From Pseudomonas aeruginosa PAO1 (lineage in GTDB: Bacteria > Pseudomonadota > Gammaproteobacteria > Pseudomonadales > Pseudomonadaceae), in assembly GCF_000006765.1 (NCBI RefSeq), contig NC_002516.2: 64,000 nucleotides of DNA; one strand, given 5' to 3'. A model generated the notes under the pieces. It made no database searches. It worked only from the letters and a program-made list of their open reading frames with translations, and was not told the origin of the DNA. A program made the position numbers and the translations under genes. Below are positions 29,441 through 37,726 of this stretch, piece by piece; position 1 is the first letter of the stretch; every line of letters begins with the position of its first letter.

Positions 29441-29454
29441 CAGATCACATGTAA
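29420..29454. repeat. Two exact 13-bp direct repeats AGATCACATGTAA, 22-bp period
   Basis: Copies at 29420-29432 and 29442-29454, each containing the palindrome ACATGT; they flank the -35. Confidence 0.9.
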
Positions 29455-29739
29455 TAAAAACCAACGCACGCGCATATCTACGCCGGGCCGGCCGGAGCAT
29501 GGAAAAGAAACACGGGGAGGAAAGAGAGAAAGAAATGGCACGAGGGGCCTCCCTGGCTCGGTGTCTGGCGCGCTACATCCTGTATCGACTCCCGCATTAA
29601 ACCCTCTATGCAAAAGGAATTGAAGGACCGCCGGGCATATCGGGAAAAAACGGGAAACGTCTCACCCTACCGCGGCACCCGCCCGCACCGCCGGCAAATG
29701 CTCTAGGCTATGCGCACACTGCAGCCTGACGGACACCGC

Positions 29740-30939
29740 ATGGAACATTCGCCCAAACCGCTGGCCGGCCTGAAGGTGGTCGAGCTCGGCACCCTGATCG
29801 CCGGCCCTTTCGCCTCGCGGATCTGCGCCGAGTTCGGCGCCGAAGTGATCAAGATCGAGTCGCCCGACGGCGGCGATCCACTGCGCAAGTGGCGCAAGCT
29901 CTACGAAGGCACCTCGCTGTGGTGGTTCGTTCAGGCACGCAACAAGAAATCCCTGACCCTCAATCTCAAGCACGCCGAAGGCCAGGCGATCCTGAAACGC
30001 CTGCTCGGCGATGCCGACATCCTGATCGAGAACTTCCGCCCCGGCGTACTGGAAAAGCTCGGCCTGGGCTGGGATGTCCTCCACGCGCTGAACCCGCGCC
30101 TGGTGATGGTGCGCCTGTCGGGCTTCGGCCAGACCGGCCCCTACAAGGACCAGCCGGGCTTCGGCGCGGTCGGCGAGTCGATGGGCGGACTGCGCTACAT
30201 TACCGGCTTCGAGGACCGCCCGCCGGTTCGCACCGGGATTTCCATCGGCGACTCGATCGCCGCCCTGTGGGGCGTGATCGGCGCGCTGATGGCGCTGCGA
30301 CACCGCGAGGTCAACGGCGGCGAGGGACAGATGGTCGACGTCGCCCTCTACGAGGCGATCTTCGCCATGATGGAAAGCATGGTTCCGGAATTCGACGTGT
30401 TCGGTTTCATCCGCGAGCGCACCGGCAACATCATGCCGGGCATCACCCCCTCCTCCATCCACACCAGCGCCGATGGCCGCCACGTACAGATCGGCGCCAA
30501 CGGCGACGCGATCTTCCGCCGCTTCATGCAGGCCATCGGCCGCGACGACCTGGCCAGCGACCCGCGACTGGCCAGCAACGACGGGCGCGATGCGCGCCGC
30601 GACGAACTCTATGGGGTTATCGACCGCTGGGTCGCCTCGCAGCCCCTGGAGGAAGTGCTGGCGGTGCTGGCGCGAGCCGAAGTCCCGGCCAGCCGCATCT
30701 ACTCCGCCGAAGACATGTTCCGCGATCCGCAATTCCTTGCCCGCGAGATGTTCCTCTCGGCACGCTTGCCGGACGGCAAGCCATTCCGCATGCCTGGCAT
30801 CGTACCCAAGCTGTCCGCCACGCCAGGCTCGGCGGATTGGGTAGGCCCGGAACTGGGCGAGCATACCGATGCCCTGCTCGCCGAGCTGGGCTACGACAGC
30901 GAGGGCATCGCCGCCCTGCGCCGGGAAGGCGCCATCTGA
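29740..30939 (+). CDS. CaiB/BaiF class III CoA-transferase (alternative start 29710; about PA3733)
   Basis: PLAGLKVVELG..IAGPFA, GAEVIKIE, RNKKSLTLNLK, ADILIENFRPG. Confidence 0.93.
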   Translation: MEHSPKPLAGLKVVELGTLIAGPFASRICAEFGAEVIKIESPDGGDPLRKWRKLYEGTSLWWFVQARNKKSLTLNLKHAEGQAILKRLLGDADILIENFRPGVLEKLGLGWDVLHALNPRLVMVRLSGFGQTGPYKDQPGFGAVGESMGGLRYITGFEDRPPVRTGISIGDSIAALWGVIGALMALRHREVNGGEGQMVDVALYEAIFAMMESMVPEFDVFGFIRERTGNIMPGITPSSIHTSADGRHVQIGANGDAIFRRFMQAIGRDDLASDPRLASNDGRDARRDELYGVIDRWVASQPLEEVLAVLARAEVPASRIYSAEDMFRDPQFLAREMFLSARLPDGKPFRMPGIVPKLSATPGSADWVGPELGEHTDALLAELGYDSEGIAALRREGAI

Positions 30940-30982
30940 ACGGTACGCGGAGCCCTTCATCGGTGCTCCGCGGATAGTGCAG

Positions 30983-31015
30983 CCCCCTCTCCCCTATCCA
31001 GTCAGGGAGAGGGGG
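30983..31015. repeat. Inverted repeat CCCCCTCTCCC / GGGAGAGGGGG between convergent genes (REP-like or terminator)
   Basis: 11-bp perfect arms, 11-nt loop. Confidence 0.6.
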
Positions 31016-31124
31016 TTATCCGCACGCTTCCACGAGCATGGCGCCATCCGGCAAGAGCCGCTGCACCGGCGCGCGCCTTCGGCCTGACCGCCCGATGCGC
31101 AACGCGCCCTCGAACGAGACGGTG

Positions 31125-31409
31125 CTAGCGCGACGAATACAGCAGCACGTGATCCCGCTCGCGGAAGGTCGCCAGCACGTCTTCCTCCATCCGCCCGACC
31201 AGCACCTGCAATTCCCGGCGAATGGTCTGCACGGCATCCTCGAGATAGCTTTCGTCGTTCAACTGCACCTTGGCGATGACCCGCTGCAACAGGGTTTCCC
31301 CCTGCGGATCGACCAGCGTGACCACCCGTCCGCCATCGGGCCGGGGCTGGCTGAGGGTGAAGGGATGGGGAGCGAAGGCATCGGCCAGTCGTTGCTTCAG
31401 GCTGTCCAA
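31125..31409 (-). CDS. Small DUF3509-like protein, probable TTG start
   Basis: LADAF.P....PRPDGG..LTL pattern; GGAG SD 7 nt before the in-frame TTG at 31409. Confidence 0.7.
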   Translation of the reverse strand: MDSLKQRLADAFAPHPFTLSQPRPDGGRVVTLVDPQGETLLQRVIAKVQLNDESYLEDAVQTIRRELQVLVGRMEEDVLATFRERDHVLLYSSR

Positions 31410-31632
31410 ATCAGGTCTCCTGTTTCGACGAATAAGACTCGTCAAAGACCGAAAAAACGCGAATAGGGTTCGTCGATGCAAGCATTTACCGGACTAACGG
31501 CAGCATCTGGCGAAAGGCCACGTGCCGGCGCAAATAGCCATTCGAGCCGAACCAGGCCAACGCAACGATCAGCCCGCTATAAGGGAAGCACCGGGAAAAA
31601 CTCCAACCATCCCACCCTCGCGCAACGCCTTC

Positions 31633-31652
31633 ACCTGCTTGAAATTGCAGTA
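31633..31652 (+). promoter_or_regulatory. Candidate las/rhl box ACCTGCTTGAAATTGCAGTA
   Basis: NNCT-N12-AGNN with a CTGC/GCAG dyad; first 8 nt identical to lasB OP2; 64 bp upstream of the hydrolase ATG. Confidence 0.65.
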
Positions 31653-31716
31653 TCCGGCGCGTCCGTCAGGCAGTAACAACGAGACTTCCCCCTGCGCATC
31701 GAACAGCGAGGATCTC

Positions 31717-32727
31717 ATGACTGCCTTCGCATCCCCCCGCAGCGCCTGGCGCGCCTTCATCCTCGCGCTGGCATTCGCCGCCGGCACGGCACAGGGCTCG
31801 CTGCTGTTCGGCGCCGTCGGCCTGGCCAACGACCAGTACGCGCGTCCGGTCGCCGACACCGAGATCGCCAGCACCGCCGTGCTCGCCGATTGTCGTGGCT
31901 TCGTCGGGACCATCGCCAGGATCGTCCTGCTGGACGGCTCGATCCGCTGCAACGAGGCTTTCCCCTATGGCTTCGCCAGCCCGATCAGTACCAGCGTCTA
32001 CTATCCGGCGGACATCGCCGCGTCCGACGCCAAGCTTCCGGTCATCACTTTCGTCGGCGGCATACTTTCCAACGCCGGCAACTATCACGAACTGATGAAA
32101 CTGTGGGCCAGCCACGGCTTCATCGTGGTGATCTCCTCCGACTTCATCAATTCCTTCCCGCTGATGCACGCCCTCGGCATCCTTGAGGTCGCGAAACTGG
32201 ACAGGGACCCGGCCTCGGCCCTGCATGGCCGGGCCGACTTTTCCCGGACGCTGGTCGCCGGGCACTCCGCCGGCGGCCAGGCCACACTGCAGAGCGCCAG
32301 CCTCTCTGCACAAGCCCTGCAACTCATCGAGCCACGGTTGAAGCTGGTCGGCGCCCTGCCGATCGAGCCAGGCCCCCTGGCCATCGGTTCCACGGTAAAG
32401 ACCCCGACCCTGCTGCTGACCGGACTGGCCGATGTGGTCGTGCCGCCGCTCAGTTGGCCGATCCTCTGGCAGGGCCCGTTGATCCGCGACGTGCCCGCCT
32501 GGGGCGCCACGGCCACCACGGCGACCCACTTCAGCCCGCTGCGACAGATCGAGTACAACGAGTTCGCCGGCATCAGCGTCGCCTGGGTGCTGTACCAGGG
32601 AAAGAACGATGCCCAGGCCCGCGACTATTTCGTCGGGCGCTACTACAAGCTGGCCAGCGACATCCAGTTCAACGATCCACTGAGGCTGCTCCGCCCCTCG
32701 CGCAACAAACTCGCCGCTGCCCTTTGA
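31717..32727 (+). CDS. Secreted alpha/beta hydrolase (chlorophyllase/cutinase-like; about PA3734)
   Basis: Signal-peptide-like N-terminus; WASHGFIVV; nucleophile GHSAGG; candidate Asp (GLADVVVP) and His (ATHFSP). Confidence 0.82.
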   Translation: MTAFASPRSAWRAFILALAFAAGTAQGSLLFGAVGLANDQYARPVADTEIASTAVLADCRGFVGTIARIVLLDGSIRCNEAFPYGFASPISTSVYYPADIAASDAKLPVITFVGGILSNAGNYHELMKLWASHGFIVVISSDFINSFPLMHALGILEVAKLDRDPASALHGRADFSRTLVAGHSAGGQATLQSASLSAQALQLIEPRLKLVGALPIEPGPLAIGSTVKTPTLLLTGLADVVVPPLSWPILWQGPLIRDVPAWGATATTATHFSPLRQIEYNEFAGISVAWVLYQGKNDAQARDYFVGRYYKLASDIQFNDPLRLLRPSRNKLAAAL

Positions 32728-32735
32728 GAAGACAT

Positions 32736-32770
32736 GAAAAAGCCCGCCATCAAGGCGGGCTTCTTCCTTT
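32736..32770. terminator. Bidirectional intrinsic terminator
   Basis: AAGCCCGCC-atcaa-GGCGGGCTT flanked by A and T runs between convergent genes. Confidence 0.8.
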
Positions 32771-32780
32771 CACGACAGGC

Positions 32781-34190
32781 TCAGAGCGGCTTGCCGCGAT
32801 TGCCGTGCTGGCTGACGAAGGCCTGTACCTTGGCCAGCTCGTTCGGCAATACGGTGCAGCGCTCCTCGCGCTCGAACAGGTCGGCGAGGTGCGCAGGCAG
32901 CGCCGGTGCCTGGCCGATGCCGGCCTTCTCCACCGCTTCGGGGAACTTGACCGGATGCGCAGTGCCCAGGGTCACCATCGGCACGCTCAGGCTGCGCCGG
33001 CATTCGCGGGCGGCACGCACGCCAATGGCGGTGTGCGGGTCGAGCAACTCGCCACTGGAGCGGTATACCTCGGCGATGGTCTCGCAGGTCTGCTCGTCGC
33101 TGACCGCCAGGGAGTCGAACAGCTTGCGCGCCTCGGTCCAGCGCTGGTCTTCCACCGACAGCTTGCCGCTGGCCTTGAAGGCATCCAGCAGTTCGGCGAC
33201 GGCCTTGCCGTTGCGGCCGTGCAGGTCGAACAGCAGGCGTTCGAAGTTGGACGAGACCATGATATCCATCGACGGCGACAGCGAGGGATGCAGGGTGTCC
33301 TTGTCGTAGCGATTACCGCTCATGAAGCGGTGCAGGATGTCGTTGCGGTTGGTCGCGACGATCAGCTGGCTGACCGGCAGGCCCATGTTGCGCGCCAGGT
33401 AGCCGGCGAAGATGTCGCCGAAGTTGCCGGTCGGCACCGAGAACGCCACCGAGCGATGCGGCGCGCCGAGCTGCAGCGCGGCATGGAAGTAGTAGACGAT
33501 CTGGGCCATGATCCGCGCCCAGTTGATCGAGTTCACCGCTACCAGGCGGGTACCCTTGAGGAAGCCCTGGTCGGCGAAGCTGGCCTTGACCATCTCCTGG
33601 CAGTCGTCGAAGTTGCCTTCGATGGCGATGTTGTGGATGTTGTCGCCGAGGATGGTGGTCATCTGCCGGCGCTGCACCTCGGACACGCGGTTGTGCGGGT
33701 GCATGATGAAGATGTCGACGTTGTCGCAACGGCGGCAGCCTTCGATGGCCGCGGAGCCGGTATCGCCGGAGGTGGCCCCCATGATCACCACACGCTCGCC
33801 GCGCTTGGCCAGCACATGGTCGAGCAGGCGGCCGAGCAGTTGCAGGGCGAAATCCTTGAAGGCCAGGGTCGGGCCGTGGAACAGCTCCAGCACCCATTCG
33901 TTGCCGTTCAACTGGCGCAGCGGCGCCACTGCGTCATGGGCGAAGACGCCATAGGTTTCCTCGAGGATCTTCTTGAAGTCGGCATCGGCGATGCTGCCGG
34001 CGACGAACGGGCGCATCACCCGGAAGGCCAGCTCGTGGTAGGGCAGGCCGACCCAGGAGGCGATCTCCTCGAGGGTGAAGCGTGGCAGGTTTTCCGGGAC
34101 GTAGAGGCCGCCGTCGCTGGCCAGGCCGGCGAGGAGGACATCTTCGAAGTTCAGGGCGGGCGCTTGGCCGCGGGTGCTGATGTAACGCAT
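32781..34190 (-). CDS. thrC: Threonine synthase
   Basis: MRYISTRG, ELFHGPTLAFKDFAL PLP-lysine motif, 469 aa. Confidence 0.97.
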   Translation of the reverse strand: MRYISTRGQAPALNFEDVLLAGLASDGGLYVPENLPRFTLEEIASWVGLPYHELAFRVMRPFVAGSIADADFKKILEETYGVFAHDAVAPLRQLNGNEWVLELFHGPTLAFKDFALQLLGRLLDHVLAKRGERVVIMGATSGDTGSAAIEGCRRCDNVDIFIMHPHNRVSEVQRRQMTTILGDNIHNIAIEGNFDDCQEMVKASFADQGFLKGTRLVAVNSINWARIMAQIVYYFHAALQLGAPHRSVAFSVPTGNFGDIFAGYLARNMGLPVSQLIVATNRNDILHRFMSGNRYDKDTLHPSLSPSMDIMVSSNFERLLFDLHGRNGKAVAELLDAFKASGKLSVEDQRWTEARKLFDSLAVSDEQTCETIAEVYRSSGELLDPHTAIGVRAARECRRSLSVPMVTLGTAHPVKFPEAVEKAGIGQAPALPAHLADLFEREERCTVLPNELAKVQAFVSQHGNRGKPL

Positions 34191-34242
34191 GTTCAAAACC
34201 TTCGCTGTTGACGCGGGCCCGCGAGCGGCGCCCGGCGTTCGA

Positions 34243-35547
34243 TCAATTCAGTTGTTCGACACGGATGCGGACCACCGGCCCGGACACGCCTTCCAGCGCT
34301 TCCAGGGCGGCGATGGCATCGTTGATGCGTTGTTCGATGACCCGGTGGGTAACCAGGATCATCGGCACCAGGCCGTCCTGTTCCTCGGCCTCCTTCTGCA
34401 TGATCGATTCGATGTTGATGCCGCGCTCGGACAGGATGGTGGCCACCTGGGCCAGTACGCCCGGGTGGTCCTTGGCCTGGATGCGCAGGTAGTAGGCGCT
34501 TTCGCAGGCTTCGATCGGCAGGATCGGGTGGTCGGACAGCGCGTCCGGCTGGAACGCCAGGTGCGGTACGCGGTTCTCCGGATCGGAGGTCATGGCGCGG
34601 ACCACGTCGACGAGGTCGGCCACCACCGAGGAAGCGGTCGGCTCCATTCCGGCACCGGCGCCGTAGTAGAGGGTCGAGCCGACGGCGTCGCCGTTGACCA
34701 TCACCGCGTTCATCACGCCGTTGACGTTGGCGATCAGGCGATCCGAGGGAATCAGGGTCGGGTGCACGCGCAGCTCGAAGCCGCTCTCGGTGCGACGCGC
34801 CACGCCCAGGTGCTTGATGCGATAGCCGAGGGCGTCGGCGTAGTTGACGTCGGCGCTGGTCAGTTTCGAGATGCCTTCGGTGTAGGCCTTGTCGAACTGC
34901 AGCGGAATGCCGAAGGCGATCGAGGCGAGGATGGTCAGCTTGTGGGCGGCGTCGATGCCTTCCACGTCGAAGGTCGGGTCGGCCTCGGCATAGCCCAGGG
35001 CCTGGGCCTCGGCGAGCACGTCGGGGAAGGTACGGCCCTTCTCGCGCATTTCGCTGAGGATGAAGTTGCCGGTACCGTTGATGATCCCGGCCAGCCAGTT
35101 GATGCGGTTGGCCGACAGCCCCTCGCGGATCGCCTTGATCACCGGGATGCCGCCGGCGACAGCGGCCTCGAAGGCGACGATCACGCCCTTCTCGCGGGCC
35201 TTGGCGAAGATCTCGTTGCCGTGCACGGCGATCAGCGCCTTGTTCGCGGTGACCACGTGCTTGCCGTTCTCGATGGCCTTGAGCACCAGCTCGTGGGCCA
35301 GGGTGTAGCCGCCGATCAACTCGACGACCACGTCGATCTCGGGATTGCACGCTACGTCGAAGATATCGGCGGTGATGGGGGTCGCACCGGTATCGCACTT
35401 CGGGTTCGGCCGGCGGGCGGCGATCTGCGCAACCTCGATACCGCGCCCGGCACGGCGGGCAATCTCCTCGGCGTTGCGTTCGAGTACATTGAAGGTACCG
35501 CCACCGACGGTCCCCAACCCACAGATGCCTACTTTGACCGGTTTCAC
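34243..35547 (-). CDS. hom: Homoserine dehydrogenase with C-terminal ACT domain (GTG start)
   Basis: KVGICGLGTVGGG, VVTANKA, FEAAVAGGIP, DPTFDVEG.DAAHK. Confidence 0.97.
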   Translation of the reverse strand: MKPVKVGICGLGTVGGGTFNVLERNAEEIARRAGRGIEVAQIAARRPNPKCDTGATPITADIFDVACNPEIDVVVELIGGYTLAHELVLKAIENGKHVVTANKALIAVHGNEIFAKAREKGVIVAFEAAVAGGIPVIKAIREGLSANRINWLAGIINGTGNFILSEMREKGRTFPDVLAEAQALGYAEADPTFDVEGIDAAHKLTILASIAFGIPLQFDKAYTEGISKLTSADVNYADALGYRIKHLGVARRTESGFELRVHPTLIPSDRLIANVNGVMNAVMVNGDAVGSTLYYGAGAGMEPTASSVVADLVDVVRAMTSDPENRVPHLAFQPDALSDHPILPIEACESAYYLRIQAKDHPGVLAQVATILSERGINIESIMQKEAEEQDGLVPMILVTHRVIEQRINDAIAALEALEGVSGPVVRIRVEQLN

Positions 35548-35694
35548 GCTGGAACTCCCCATCTCACCTACGACGGCCGGACGCGCCGGCCTGCTATGGT
35601 TCCCCGAGCGAATCGAGGTTGACGCGACCACTGTACGGGCCACGACACATCCTGGCGATGGATTCCGCCAGCGGGCGGCGGAAATCGCCAATGA

Positions 35695-35733
35695 TGAAAA
35701 CAAAAGAGCCGCACATTACGAAGCGGCTCTTTA
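35695..35733 (-). terminator. Intrinsic terminator after dsbC
   Basis: AAAGAGCCGC-N10-GCGGCTCTTT followed by a T-rich run on the minus strand. Confidence 0.7.
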
Positions 35734-35760
35734 TTAGTCAATTGTTCGGCAGACCCGGCG

Positions 35761-36489
35761 CTATTTGGCCTCCAGCGCCAGCTTGGCCAACTGCTTGGCC
35801 GGCTGGTAGCCGGGGAGCAACTGGCCGTTGGCAAGGACGATCGCCGGCGTTCCCTGCACCCCGACCATCTGGCCCATCTGGAACTGCTTGTCGACCGGGT
35901 TCTTGCACTCGGAAGACTTGATCTCCTTGCCGTTCATCATGGCGTCCATCGCCTTGGTCGGCTCCTTCGCACACCAGACCGCCTGCAGTTGCTTGTCGCC
36001 CGCCGACTGCGGCCCCTGCCGCGGGAACGCCATGTAGCGCACCTCGATCCCCTGCTCGGTCAGGTCCGGCACCTCGGCATGCAGCTTCTGGCAGTACGGG
36101 CAGGTGGTATCGGTGAACACCGTGATGTGCGCCTTGGCCTGGCCCTTGGCCGGATACACCACCATCTCGCTGGCGGGCACGCCGTTGATCGCCTTGGCGA
36201 TCGCCTGGCTCTCGGCCTTCTCGGTCAGGTTGACCGGCTTGCCGTCCTTCACCTGGTAGAGGTAGCCCTGCATGACGAACTGGCCGTCGGCGCTGGCGTA
36301 GAGCACCCGGCCGCCCTTCAGCTGCACCTGGTAGAGCCCCTGCAGCGGGCTGCTGGCGATGGAGTCGATGGGCAGGTCCGGTTGCAGGGCCTGCAGGGTC
36401 TTGCGGATGTTCTGATCGGCATTGTCTGCCAGGGCCAGGGTACTCATCAGGCCGAGGGCGGCAGCAGCCAGAAAACGGGTCACGCGCAT
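35761..36489 (-). CDS. dsbC: Disulfide isomerase DsbC
   Basis: Signal peptide, VFTDTTCPYCQKLH, GVQGTP. Confidence 0.95.
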   Translation of the reverse strand: MRVTRFLAAAALGLMSTLALADNADQNIRKTLQALQPDLPIDSIASSPLQGLYQVQLKGGRVLYASADGQFVMQGYLYQVKDGKPVNLTEKAESQAIAKAINGVPASEMVVYPAKGQAKAHITVFTDTTCPYCQKLHAEVPDLTEQGIEVRYMAFPRQGPQSAGDKQLQAVWCAKEPTKAMDAMMNGKEIKSSECKNPVDKQFQMGQMVGVQGTPAIVLANGQLLPGYQPAKQLAKLALEAK

Positions 36490-36615
36490 GTGTCACTCCT
36501 GTCGTGCGGTCGGCGAAGCCTACCATAGACCGCTATCCCGACGGGCCCGACGCTTGTCGCAGAACGCTACGAAAGCGCCTCTTTTCGGGTAGGTACGGAT
36601 TTTTCGGACAAAGCG

Positions 36616-37512
36616 TCAGCCTCGCGGGTGGTGGCGTGCGTGCAGATCCTGGAGGCGGGCCCGGGCGATATGGGTATAGATCTGGGTGGTCGACAGGTCG
36701 CTGTGGCCGAGCAGCATCTGCACCACCCGCAGGTCGGCGCCATGGTTGAGCAGGTGGGTGGCGAAGGCGTGGCGCAGGGTGTGCGGCGAAATCGACGTGC
36801 CGATCGCCGCCACCTGCGCGTGATGCTTGATGCGATGCCAGAAGGTCTGGCGGGTCATCTGTTCGCCGCGCAGGCTGGGGAACAGCACGTCGCTGGGCCG
36901 CCCGCCGAGCAGGTCGCCGCGGGCCTCGCGCAGGTAGCGTTCGAGCCAGCCGATGGCTTCCTCGCCGAGCGGCACCAGGCGCTCCTTGCTGCCCTTGCCG
37001 AACACCTTGACCACGCCCTGGCGCAGGTTGACCTGCTCCAGGGTCAGGCCGACCAGTTCGCTGACCCGCAGGCCGCAGGCATACAGCACTTCGAGCATGG
37101 TGCGATCGCGCAGGCCCAGCGGGTCGTCGACTTCCGGCGCCGCCAGCAATGCCTCGACGTCCGCTTCGGAGAGGGATTTCGGCAACGGCTTGCCCAGTTG
37201 CGGCAGGTCCACCTGCAAGGTGGGATCCTCGGCGATCAGGCCGTCGCGCAGGCAATAGCGATAGAAGCCACGCAGGCCGGAGAGGAAGCGCGCGGTCGAG
37301 CGGGCCTTGTAGCCCTGTTCCAGGCGCCAGGCCAGGTGATCGAGGATGGCGTCGCGGCCGATGCCCTCCAGGCGCAGCCCGCGGCCATCGAGCCAGGCGT
37401 TGAACTGCTGGAGGTCGTTGCGATAAGCCTCGCGGGTGTTGTCGGCAAGGCCTTTTTCCAGCCACAGGGCATCGAGGAAACGGTCGATCAGGGGATGTTC
37501 GAGGGTACTCAT
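36616..37512 (-). CDS. xerD: Site-specific tyrosine recombinase XerD
   Basis: LYACGLRVSEL, GKGSKERLVP, SPHTLRHAFATHLL..GADLRVVQMLLGH..TTQIY; adjacent to dsbC. Confidence 0.97.
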   Translation of the reverse strand: MSTLEHPLIDRFLDALWLEKGLADNTREAYRNDLQQFNAWLDGRGLRLEGIGRDAILDHLAWRLEQGYKARSTARFLSGLRGFYRYCLRDGLIAEDPTLQVDLPQLGKPLPKSLSEADVEALLAAPEVDDPLGLRDRTMLEVLYACGLRVSELVGLTLEQVNLRQGVVKVFGKGSKERLVPLGEEAIGWLERYLREARGDLLGGRPSDVLFPSLRGEQMTRQTFWHRIKHHAQVAAIGTSISPHTLRHAFATHLLNHGADLRVVQMLLGHSDLSTTQIYTHIARARLQDLHARHHPRG

Positions 37513-37726
37513 GGATGAAGGCTGCGAACCAAATGAAAGCGCGGCTAGTCTTTCATAGCCTGGGCGCTATCGCGAGCGTTGGCCGTCATCGCCACGTAAT
37601 GGTTAGTCAGGCCGGTCGACAGGAGGTCGGCCGGCTTCCCGTGCCCGCGGGAAAAAGCGGAGCCATGTGGCTCGATGGTTCGCCCCGGCTCAGGACGAGC
37701 GGAGCGACGCTGACAAGGAATCCTCG

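Noticed and set aside
29499-29600. Purine-rich stretch and tiny ORF (MEKKHGEERE...), also the 77-aa ORF at 29390-29623
   Set aside because: Poor SD spacing, rare codons (AGA, CGA) and no homology cue; more likely promoter or UTR sequence. Ribo-seq would be needed to revive it.
36616-37512. Tyrosine recombinase as a sign of an integrated element
   Set aside because: It is chromosomal XerD in its usual xerD-dsbC context; no att repeats, tRNA or cargo
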